This document shows, in pieces, positions 22,931-34,390 of a stretch of 64,000 bases of DNA. The stretch comes from Malacoraja senta. Its lineage: Eukaryota. The DNA lies in assembly GCA_038087875.1 (NCBI GenBank), contig CM075994.1, positions 11,286,001 through 11,350,000 on the forward strand. The letters run 5' to 3'. The translations under genes and the position numbers were made by a program. How positions within the stretch are numbered: the first letter of the stretch is position 1; each line of letters starts with the position of its first letter. Below the pieces are notes generated by a model. The model saw only the letters and a list, made by a program, of their open reading frames with translations. It was not told where the DNA came from and searched no databases.

Positions 22931-23433
22931 TTGAAGTTTCAAGCACAGGGCTGGCTAAACTACTCATTGCAGTTTCATTTAATTTCCATTTCCATTGCAG
23001 TTTCAAACACAGGGCAGGCCAAACAACTCATTGCATTTTCACTTTGGGCTAACAAATTATTTATTGCCAATACATTGCAGACTCTCAGTTCAGTTGAATC
23101 ACAGCTTAGAATCACAGTTGGGGACTCTCCCTCACAATTTTCCAGAGTGAGTGACTCACGTCCGGCATCCGGGGCTAAATACACGCGCCCCCCCCGGAAG
23201 AGGCGTTGCCTTCACCATGGTTAGAGGACCAATCAGCTAATCTCACGATTTTTTAAACATTCATATTCTTTTATTTTTCAGCGATCGGAAAAATCCTTGG
23301 GGCTGCTGCAGCGGAGGAGGACTGTGAGTAAGATGGCAAAAATCATAGCGATATAGGGTAGCGTTTTTTCTAAAAATCAATTAACTACTTAGAGAGGAAA
23401 TGGTCAAGATGAGACTTTTAGTATAATGACAGA

Positions 23434-24192
23434 TATTATTAATTCAGATGAATGGATTACAGGTAACATTAGCAAATTTGCACATGACACAAAGCTGGGT
23501 GGCAGCTGTGAGGAGGATGCTATGAGAATGGAGGGTGACTTGGACAGGTTGGTTGAGTGGGCAGATGGCATGGCAGATGCAGTTTAATTTGGATAAATAA
23601 ATTATCCTTCTTTGGTAGCAAAATAGGAAGGCAGATTATTCTCTAAATGGTGTCAAATTGTGAAAACTGGAAGTACAACGGGATCCGGGGGTCCTTGTTC
23701 ATCAGTCAATGAAAGTAAGCACGCAGTAAGTAATCAGTTCACATGATTAATTCCCGGGGTGGTGGGACTGTCATATGCTAAGAGAATGGAACGGCTGGGC
23801 TTGTATATTCTGGAATTTAGAAGGGTGAGAGGGGATCTTATTGAAACATATAAGATTATTAAGGGTTTGGACACGCTAGAGGCAGGAAACATATTCCCGA
23901 TGTTGGGGGACTCCAGAACCAGGGGGCACTGTTTAAGAATAAGGGGTAAGCAGTTTAGAATGGAGATAAGGAAACAATTATTTCACACAGAGTGTTGTGA
24001 GTCTGTGGAAGCCGGTTTTCTGGATACTTTCAACAGAGAGCTAGATAGGGTTCTTAAAGATAGCGGAGTTAGGGGATATGGGGAGAAGGCAGGAACGGGG
24101 TACTGATTGTGGATGATCAGCCATGATCACATTAAATGGCGTTGCTGGATCGAAGGGTCGAATGGCCTACTCGTGCACCTATTGTCTATTGC
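23434..24192 (+). mobile_element. CR1 LINE (host copy 2), 3' segment
   Basis: GNISKFAHDTKLGG, ERLGLYILEFRRVRGDLIETYKII, TRGHCLRI and CR1 3' UTR; lacks ~180 bp retained at 50838-51020. Confidence 0.9.
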
Positions 24193-24673
24193 CTTAACAG
24201 CCACTTTTTTGTTATGTGTTGTGCAATATTTCTGTCACATCTTCAGACTCATTCATAGTCTCGGTAAATTTGATTGTTCGCATAATCATAGATATCTCCT
24301 CAGATTTTAATTGCACATGATACTTGTAAAACATAAGAGAGGGTGCATATTGCAATTTATTGGTGCAGCTAATGGAGAAAATTCGAAAGAAACCGCATTA
24401 AAGCGTTTACCAAAATATTTAAGCTGATAACCGATGTTTGATGTATTGACGATTTCAACAGCAGAAACATGTCTGTACAGACTACAATTTTAACAGTGAT
24501 GAAGGGCATGAAACAAACAACCTAATTAACGTGATCGTGATTGAATAATACCAATCTCATAGCGTGTTCATTCCACCCTTGAGGTTTCTGTAAAGTATAA
24601 GTACGAGGTAACTTTGAAATCGGGAGATCCGTGAGCCTATTGAACTGACTAGAAAGGCATCTTCCAACTAACT

Positions 24674-24743
24674 ATGAACAAGCCTGCACTCCTGAAGACC
24701 GAGAGTATTTACTATCCTATTCTTGCAATCATTGGAGTCCCAG
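24674..24743 (+). CDS. GPR139/GPR142-like GPCR paralogue 1, exon 1 (MNKPALLKTESIYYPILAIIGVP)
   Basis: ATG, 70 nt, strong donor CAG|GTAGGT, phase 1; joins exon 2 in frame to give TM1 YYPILAIIGVPANLVAILIL; not in the ORF track. Confidence 0.88.
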
Positions 24744-24913
24744 GTAGGTGAGCCAGAGAATGGTTTTACAGATGTACGTTGATGTGCTTGACAGACGATA
24801 TTGAACATCATGGCAAACATCTGAAAACATTACAGATTTATATGAAATTATTATTGCAAAGTGCTGTCAAAAACAAAGTATCGTGCTGATCTCACTTGTG
24901 TACTGGATCTAAA

Positions 24914-27900
24914 ATTTTACTTCGGAGTCACGTGAGTGACTACGTGAAGAAGCCCGTCAGTGCGCCTGCGCGTCATTACGGCAGACGCCTTGACGCAAAC
25001 GGACGTGAGGAGCAGTGCTCCTCGAGTGGTTTGTAGTTTTTCAACTACAAGGTAAGTAAAAACTTTTTTACAGGTTTTCCAGGTCCGTTTACTGTGGGTC
25101 TATGGCGATTTTTTCCACAGACGCCATGGGAAAAAACGGACAGGGGGAAGAGGCGAGCGACATAGCCGACAGAAGTCGGGAAAGTCGGGAGTCCGCGGTT
25201 AGAGACCAACCGCCTCTAAACCCCGGTACAGTCGCCAGCGGTGAGCATAGCGACTGTGGACCTGGGGGCTGGTGAAAACACAGTCAGTGCCTGTCGGGCA
25301 AAAGACAAAGTTTAAATCCCAACGGAGGGTGTCCCAGGCAATGAAGAAGCTCCAGGGCTAGATACTGCTTTAAAGCGTATTGCCCAAATAGAAAGCCTTT
25401 TACACAGGCTGTTGGAGCAACGTTCACTCAGTGAGGAGTGTTCTGAAAGCCAAGCTGCTGGAAACAGCTCAAACAGCTCCTGGTACAGGGCTAGATACTG
25501 CTTTCGAGCGTATTGCCCAAATAGAAGCCTTTTTCATAGGTTGTTGGAGCAAAAGTTCACTCAGGAAGGAGTGTACTGTAATCCAAGCTGCAGGAGCAGC
25601 TTAACAGCACCTGGCTCAGGGCTGATGGAATGCACCCTCAGGAATGAGGAGCGTGCTACGGGTCATGAGATTTCAGACCCCGACTCTGACGGTGAGGCTG
25701 TACAAGGCGATGAAAGGCAGCTGCCAGATGTTCCAACCCTGGTAGTAGGATTCGCTGCCCCGTCAGGGTCAGGAGAGCCATTAGGAAGAACTGGCCTCCT
25801 TAATAAATTACTTGGTTTACCATTAGCTGGAACAGCATGAAATGGATGAGACTGCAAGAGTATCTGGAATCAGTTGCAGAGAATATTAAAGCTGCTGGGT
25901 TCTGAAATAACTGCTTTTACCAGAATAGCAGTTAACAACCAAAAGATGACGAAGTTGCATCAGCAAGCACTGGGGTTGCTATGCAGCACCCACTTCGAGA
26001 AGTGCTATACGGTCTACTATGAATCCGAAATTCGCAGCACTCTGCAAACCAAGTAATATACAAATTTCCCAACTTACTCTTTGGAGAGATCTCGGGAGAC
26101 ATATTAAAGAGTTGGAAGATGAAGCGAAAACAGGATTGATGAAGACATCAATGGTTGTGAAGTCTGTAAAGAGGAAGTATCCTTTCAGACATCATACGGA
26201 TCCTGGACCAAGTCGCTCATCAACGCAGGGACGTAGTTGGCGGCCTGCAGCGGGAGCAAGAACCAGTGGGCGTGCTTCCGGGAGAACCCAGGAATCTCAG
26301 GGTACTGAAATGACTCAAGAGGTAGGTGGACCTGGTTCTCATGGGAACATACTAACTGGATTAAGTCCAAAAGTTGGAGGCAGGTTACATTTCTTCTATA
26401 ATAATTGGAAGAAAATTACTTCAGATGTGGTAATCCTGAATAATATACAAGGATTTCGAATTGAATTCAATCCAAATTATGATTTGCCTGTTCAGCATGT
26501 TCCTAGCCGAACTCTGCACTTTGTACAAAAAGAAGTGATGGAGGTTCAGGTTGCAATTGAAACCCTATATAAAAAAAAGGGGTTATTGAAAAATCAGTCT
26601 ACCAAAGTCACCAATTTGTGTCAAAAATATTCCCTCGATCAAAAAAGGATGGAGGATGTAGGATTCTTGTAGATTTGATAAATCTGAATCCTTTTGTGCA
26701 ATTTAGACATTTTAAAATGGAAACATTTGTGATTGCCAAACAGCTTATTTCAGAAGCATGTTATATGGCAACCATAGACTTGAAAGATGCATATTATTCA
26801 GTGTCTGTTCATTCACAAGATAGGAAGTATCTTAAATTTAATGGATGAACCAGTTGTGGCAGTTCAAAGCTCTGCCTAATGGGTTAATATCTGCACTCAG
26901 AATATTCACAAAAATTGTTAAAACCAATTCTGGGCTTGCTGAGTAGCCAGGGGCATGTACTAATGGCATATTTGGATGATGTCTTGATTATAGGAAAGAC
27001 AAAACAGTCAACAGAAGTATCTGTTGCAGTTGTGAAATCAACTTTTGAAAAGTTGGGGTTTCTAATTCATCCACAGAAATCTAGGTTAACACCATGTACC
27101 TCTATTAATTATTTGGGGTTCACAATTGATTCAGTCCAAATGAATATCACTTTGCCCAGGGAAAAGGGTGGATTTGATTAAAGATTGCAGTAATCTCCTA
27201 AACGAGCAAAAACCTTCAATTAGACAGGTGGCTCGTGTACTGGGAAAATTAGTAGCAGCATTCCCAGCAGTCCAATTTGGACCATTACATTATCAACAGC
27301 TGCAGAGACTTAAAGAACAGGCACCGAGAATGCATGTTGGTCATTTTGATAGAACCATGCAACTAACAACAAATGCTGTTTCTGGTCTGCAGTGGTGGAT
27401 TCTACATGTCTCAAGCAGTTCCAGCAAAGTGCTGATTGAACAACCTTCCATGATATTACAAACTGATGCCAGTGCACCAGGATGGGGTGCAACTGACTTA
27501 ACGTCTAGCTGAGGAGGCAGATGGAATCAGGAAGAGTCATTGTTACTGCAGACATGGGGAATTAACTATTTGGAGCTGCTAGGATGGTTCTATGGGCTCC
27601 AAGCTTATTGTTCTAACACAACTAATAAGCATGTTCAAGTTCAAATTGATAACACAACAGTAGTTGTTTATATTAATGATATGGAATTAAGTCGGTGTCT
27701 TGTGACAAAATGGTTAATCAATTTTGGGCTTGGTGTATTGAAAAGAACATTTGGATTTCAGCTATCTATCTACCAGGTAGAATGAACGATAGCAGACACC
27801 AAGTCACGAAAAGTTCCATGATAATAAAGAATGGATGTTGAATCAAGAGGTATTCAAGGATATAGTCATCAGATTTGGAATGACCGACATCGACTTGAAT

Positions 27901-29707
27901 CATCAGCTATCGAGATATGTCTCATGGAAACCAGATCCAGGAGCAGTGGCGATTGATGCTTTCTCGCTACATTGGGGTGGTATGTTTTCATATATATTTC
28001 CACCTTTCTGCCTCATTAGCCAATGTTTGCTTAAAATCAGGCAAGATGCTGCTTCAAGGGTATTGGTACTACCAGATTGGCCTACACAGCCATGGTATCC
28101 GTTGATATTAGAATTAACAACACAAATGTTGATGAAAGTCCCAAAAAAGAGTAATTTATTGCTGCTCCCTGTACAGGGGAACAACATCCATTATATGATC
28201 GTTTGGATTTGTTGATTTGCAGGTTTTAAGAATGCCTTTTCTGGGACGAGGACTGTCTGAGCATACTGTGGACATGCTTACGGCAGCTTGGAGGAAGAGC
28301 ACTCAAAAACAGTACCTTTCTTATATTAAGAAATGGGAAAAGTTCTGGGTACAAAAGAATGTGCAATAAAGTACTGCAGATATTTCAAATGTTTAGAATT
28401 TCTGTCAAAACTTTATTATGATGAAGGTCTGAGTTGTAGTGTAATTAATTCAGCCAGAAGTGCATTGTCCTCATATTTGGTTCTGGATTCAGAAAGAAAC
28501 TCAATTGGGTCACACCCAATTGTTTTCAGAATAATGAAAGGAATCTTTAATTCCAAACCACCGAAACCTAGGTACGTGACAATCTGGGATGTAAGTGTGG
28601 TACTGAAACTACTTCGTGATGGTTATCAAGTGTGTCTTTACCTTTGGTCAAGCTCAGTATGAAAGTATTCATGTTTATGGCATGAGTGACAGCACAACGA
28701 GTGCAAACACTTGGAAAATTACAAATAGATAGTATGGAAGTAACTGAAGACGAGGTTACATTCTATATCTATGACCTAATAAAGGAAATTAGGCCAGGTG
28801 TGACAGGATTTAAAATTATGCTGGCAGCATATCCAAATGATCCAGGTCTTTGTATTAAGACATATTTATTACAATACATTGAGGTCACAAAGAATTTGAG
28901 AATACGGAAACTGGGTTTTTGATCACACACAAGAAACCACACAAGAGAGTTTCAATACAGACTATTTCCAGATGGATAAAAGAAGTCTTAACAACTGCTG
29001 GTATTAACACTTATGTTTTTACGTCTCACTCGGCTAGGGCAGCAGAAATGTCGGCGGCCAGGGCAAAAGACGGCCCCGTCGACCATATCCTCGCAGCCGC
29101 CGGGTGGTCCAATGAGTTGATGTTTCAACATTTTTACCATCGGCCTATAGTTAATGCGGGGTTGTTTGCAGAAACTATTTTAAGTTCTGTGTAAATTCCT
29201 CTGGTTTAAAGGGGATCTGATTCATTTCATTCTTGAAATGAATTACTGCATTTGTGGTACAAATGTTATTATGAATGCATGATTGATTATTCTCGTTCCG
29301 AGTCAATCTATGCAGTGAGAAGCCGGGATTGATCCACGGCATGAAATCACAAAGCTTTAAAATCTTCACGTAGTCACTCACGTGACTCCGAAGTAAAATA
29401 GTAAGATTAAACGAGAACTTACCTAAGTTTGAAGTTTGATCTTTATTTTATGAGGAGTTACGTAGGTGATTACGTGCCCGCCACGACCCTACCCTCTATC
29501 ATAAAGGTCAGATGGAAGTTCTTGTATTACTCGTTTTAGTATGAGACTATATTACTTCGGTTCTTGTTTTTGTGATTTCACACCGCTGCTTTGAAGATTG
29601 ACGCGCAGGCGCACTGACGGGCTTCTTCACGTAATCACCTACGTAACTCCTCATAAAATAAAGATCAAACTTCAAACTTAGGTAAGTTCTCGTTTAATCT
29701 TACTATT
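24914..29707 (+). mobile_element. DIRS1-type tyrosine-recombinase retrotransposon A, coding regions disabled, inside the GPCR intron
   Basis: Inverted terminal repeats (24941-24975 vs ~29600-29634); internal complementary region 29363-29476; gag-like, RT (IDLKDAYY, YLDD), RNase H (QTDAS, INYLEL, IDNTT), methyltransferase-like (DAFSLHW..YIFPPF) and YR (AQRVQTL, HSARAA, AGWS..FY) remnants; empty site at ~52205. Confidence 0.95.
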
Positions 29708-30478
29708 CATGTGGAAAAATGATTGAATTTCTCTGACGGTAAAATTATATATAAACGTTTTATAAGTAATATAATATTCTATATATTTTATATTAGTCAA
29801 GCCCACTGGACACAACAAGCCCTCCTTCTCCACCTCATACACAGTACACCTGAACAATGGCCGATTCAACGCTTCCAAAGAGGGGTCTGCATATGAACGC
29901 GATGGTTCAAGCACTTTCTATTTTCATTCCATGCAGTTGATTTTGCATAGCTTCATTATACGAAGAACAAGTAAACGTACGGCAGCTTGCTGCTGAGCAT
30001 TATCGATCATACCAGATTTTAACTTTAGACTTCACTGCCAAAATAAAAAAAACAACGGTTTGATGGACGCTGTTCTCTGTATTCTGTAACTCCCGCTAAA
30101 GAATGTCAGTCCTGTGTGCGAGTCCGTGTGCATGCTATGATCGCAGGTGCCTCATACGTCTGATAACTTACCGCGAAATAAAACATGCAAGTCGAGGGAT
30201 GCTGTCGGTGAGTTTCCATAAAACACACGTCTTTTTATTTCCATTGTGAATGCTCAGCTAAATTAGCTCACGGTTTACTAAGGCTGAGCAACGTGGTTTC
30301 TTTTAAAGCATTGTAACATTTAAATACAAGTTGCACAAAGTGAAACTGTCTAATGGTCCTGATTTGACCTAGATTTGACAGCAGGAAAAATATAATTCGC
30401 CGATGCATTTCAGGAAGATTTAATTTTTACATTCAGCAGACATTCAGAAGAAAGGTAAAACACTTGTTGCTTTTAGAC

Positions 30479-30551
30479 ACAAAATGCTGGAGTAACTCAG
30501 CGGGACAGGCAGCATCTCTGGAGAGAAGGAATGGGTGACGTTTGGGTCATC
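30479..30551 (-). repeat. 73-bp Penelope-type repeat insertion flanked by a 14-bp direct repeat
   Basis: TGTTGCTTTTAGAC at 30465-30478 and 30552-30565; same insertion in copy 2 near 52967-53068. Confidence 0.7.
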
Positions 30552-32194
30552 TGTTGCTTTTAGACTGTTTTGCCAGATTTAATCGCTAACATTTTTGTTC
30601 TTATCGCCGAGAGGTGATTAAAGTGTTGAGGATCCATCTGCAAACTGCGATGAGTTGTGTAGCGGAGATTATGGCATGCTCCAGGTTTAGTAGTTTGGGT
30701 CGAGACTACGCCTAATCACTTCCAAGAGCACGCTCTCTCTTTACTCATGATGTTGCTTATCACCAAAAGTGTATTAGATGCGGTACCTCGACATTATTGA
30801 GCTGAGATGTCGTATGTTCGCATTTAACCCATCAGACCTACAGCAGTCACAGCTCGAGAAATTGCATCGTGTTGCTTTTTTAAATGGTTACATATTTGCA
30901 AGTGTTCGAGATTATCAAACCGGAATTAAACCTCTTCCTAGAGCCCTTCAACACGTATTGTCACACGGCCAATAGGGTTATTCCGGGGATGCGCACGCAG
31001 ACCTCTAGCGGATGGGTCTTACATTTATGTTTCCCAATGAATCCGTCTTGCAGGATAGACAACGATCCCACGCATTTAGTGGTTTGCAAACTGCAATTTT
31101 TTAGCAGGAGAATGCTAACCTGTCAGTCAGTAGAGCGGGTCGGGATGTACATGTGTTGAAAGCCGATCATGACGGTTGGAGCTGTGAACTTATCGACAGG
31201 TTGTGCCTCTGCCGTTGAGTTGTGTTGTCTGTTTTTTGTTGGCTCTGGAGAAACTGTCTACCATCTGTGATTGACTGAATTTCAAAACGTCAAGACACCA
31301 CCGAGGGGAGCTGGCGGACTGATGCCGGCCTTTCTGTCGTTCACCTCTGTATCGGAAGCACACGTGTGTTTAGAATTGGAACTACGTATAGTGGGTATGA
31401 GCACAATTTGTGTCCGCAACCAATTTAATGCTGTGACGGCAGATAACAAAAGGTAGCGTGACAAAATTATTTGAATATGGTCCTGGTCGACGTGGCGGTA
31501 GTAATTAAAGCAAGCGATTGCCCTTCCATTTCTCAGTAAGTTTGAATTCTTTGGCAGGTGCTTCAGAAGTTTAAATTTAATCGGTGGTTTTATTGCTGAA
31601 GTTTTTCATTATTTGCTGTGTTCCAATATATTCTATAATCTATTCCAATAATTTCTAGCTTGCCTTGAGCCATGTGGAGATATTTCACAAATAAAGCTGG
31701 CGATAATTGTTGAGTATCAAAGGTTGTCTGGCTTTTCGAAAATCCTTACCTCGGTCCATGATATGTGTGCGAATTAAGGTGTGAATCGTATCCGCCGCAC
31801 AGCTTCTGTAGCGGATATCAGACGTCAGCCTGCTTGGTCCGCCCTATCGGAAAATAATGTGTGTACTTGGACTCCAAGGGGAGAGAAATGGACAACAGAC
31901 TGCCATAAAATGGTAAATATTGTCCTATGCTAATTTATTACAGTAGAAGAACAAACTTAGAAATGTGAGAAGTGTGTCTGCATAGGGGGGCAACAATTTA
32001 CATGCTGCTGTGAGATCTAAACGTCACATTTGCAGATAAGCTACGAAAATTACATCTGTGTGATTATCAGTGGGGAGGCGCGAGTGCAACGGTTTCCATG
32101 AGATAACATGAATGCCAAACACGTGACAATTAAAAGGTAACATGAGTTCCAAACACGTGAAAATAAAATCTGAAAATCTGAAACAAGGCTAGCC

Positions 32195-32960
32195 GACAAC
32201 ACTGCTACTGATCGGAGCTGTGTGCTTAGTCCATGCTCTACTCCAAATACACCCATGTGTGTTTGACCACGTACAACAGTAACTCGTCTTTATGTATGCC
32301 GATGATGCCACTGCTGACGGGCACTTCGACAAGAATGATGAGACGAAGTAAAGGAAGGAAATCCGGTACATATTGTCAATGAGTCAGGACACTATCTAGA
32401 CGTTAATATCTGGACGACACAGTTGCGTGTGAACCAAAGGAAGCGGAGAGGACAAACACGGCCCCATCTCATCTCTAAATGTGATCAACATTTCGTGTTA
32501 TGTGGCATCAATATCAACAGAACCATAGCTCGTCCCTTCACGGAGATGCGATAACAACAAAGCGCATCAGTGTGTTCACTTTATTAGAAGTCTCAGAATC
32601 TTCGACATGTCCTCGAGGATTTTTTGCAAACCAGATGCGCTGTACAAAGAATTTCGCTGTACAAAGAATTTCGACGGAGTGGTTATCAGGCAGGAACGGC
32701 CACTTCACAGTCCGTAACCGCCTGATGATGCAGAGGGCGGAGAAACACTGAATTATCTATCACAGAATAGCCGTTTTCTTCTACCCAGTCCAACGCGAAT
32801 GCAAGATGGCTGCCGCCCAGACCATTCTGTTAACCTTCTGGAACGTCCATATTTAAAGGAAGATTCTGCTCCACTGCTATCAATCTCCTTAACCAATCAT
32901 GAATTTCACACCACTTTCAGCGAGGCAGCGTCAGATACCGTTACTCTTAACACACCGTCA
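32195..32960 (+). mobile_element. Ancient Rex1/Babar-like RT fragment in the GPCR intron
   Basis: Decayed SCVLSP..YSKYTHVC..YNSNS..YADDAT motif; paralogue at ~54630-55155. Confidence 0.6.
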
Positions 32961-33443
32961 TTCTTTTATCTCGTTATTGTTACTTAGTGATTTTTTTTTG
33001 CAATTCCTCAAACTGAATTTGCAGTCGGTGTTACATTTTCTATTGCTTTTACCATTACCGTACGCCATTATCTCTATGAGCAACATGATGTCATTGCCTC
33101 CAGGTTTATTTGACAACAACGCAATGTGAACCTGGGGTATTTCGACTATATTTATTAAGAAACTTTATATTTTGCAAGGAGCAGTAAACACGAGGGCTTT
33201 TCAATTTGAAGTATTTTTTACCATAGGAATGTCTCGCTCGATGACCAAATATTTTTATTTTAGTGGAGCATCAGACCTGCTGAATTGAAAGGGGTCCAAC
33301 CGTAAACCTGTGCAATATAGTTTGTTATTCCAAAGTCTTAAAGGCAAGAAAAACTCGTACACGCATGACAAATTGAAGCAAATTAATATATATTTCGCGG
33401 GTTATTTCTCGTTCGTAATTCAATTTTCTTCTTTTGGTTGCAG

Positions 33444-34390
33444 CAAATTTGGTGGCAATCCTTATCCTGTCGTCTGGAAAGTGCGGGCTCACTAGATGTG
33501 TCATCCAGTATCTGAAATCAATGGCGGTAGCTGATCTAATGGTACTGGTTTCCGATGTAATTCTCTATGAGATTAAAGAGGCATATTTTCCGCATTCATT
33601 CCTCAATTACACCCCCATTTGCAGTTTTATTTTTGTACTGATTTATATTTCGCTCGATTGTTCCGTCTGGCTGACTGTCACTTTTACATTCGATCGATTT
33701 GTTGTTATATGTTGCCAGTCGTTGCGTTCAAAATATTGTACCATGAAGACTGCATTGAAGGTAATAACAGTGGTGTTTATGTTAAGTATTTTACAAAATA
33801 TTCCAGTCTACTTTATGTTTGAACCTCGTGAAGTAATTAATGATGTACCATGGTCCTGTTATGTAAACTCAAGTTTCTACACATCACCCACCTGGGTCGC
33901 GCTTTTATGGGTTGAAACACTCTTAACCCCATTTACGCCATTTGTGTTGATTCTTCTGCTTAATACCTTGACCATAAAGCATATTATCATGGCCAACAGA
34001 GTCAGGAGCAAGCTCCGAGGGAGTAATAGAGAGGCGTGTCAGACTGATCAAGAGACTGAGAACAGAAGGAAATCGATCATTTTACTCGTTGCAATATCAG
34101 GCAACTTTATTTTCTTATGGATGGTAAACCTTGTGTGCTTCATCTGTGTACAGTTGACAGATTCTCAATTTTTGGAAACAGATTACATCGACTCGTTCAC
34201 CATTGCGGAAAAAAGTGGCTTTATGCTGAGGTATTTGAGTACTTGCACAAACACTTTCATTTATGCAGTTTCTCAGAGACACTTCAGAGAGGAACTGAAG
34301 AATGTAATTTCACGTCCCTTTCTTGCCATTGCTAATATATTCAAACTTTTGAACACAAAACTAAATTTATCCAAATATGTAATCAAGTGA
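33444..34390 (+). CDS. GPR139/GPR142-like GPCR paralogue 1, exon 2 (spliced product 338 aa)
   Basis: Acceptor ttttcttcttttggttgcag; seven-TM pattern; YLKSMAVADL, SVWLTVTFTFDRFVVIC, NIP, PFVLILLLN, FIFLW, NTFIY..FREEL resemble the GPR139/142 group. Confidence 0.9.

Larger units (their letters stand above)
19313..23433 (-). mobile_element. Non-autonomous Helitron with internal satellite arrays
   Basis: Minus strand begins TC(TGTCATTATACTAAAA) at 23433 and ends CTAG at 19313; GGGACCC-AAA-GGATCCC hairpin (19324-19340) 11 nt from the 3' end; inserted between host A and T with no TSD; removal restores the CR1 frame FTI-NIINSDE. Confidence 0.85.

Noticed and set aside
27835..28230. Methyltransferase-like plus recombinase genes as a prokaryotic or phage island
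   Set aside because: Both are standard parts of DIRS1-type retrotransposons and lie within the ITRs
33434..33443. ORF-track start MVA for the GPCRs (also 55307)
   Set aside because: The TTG lies in the splice acceptor; the real start is in the upstream 70-nt exon
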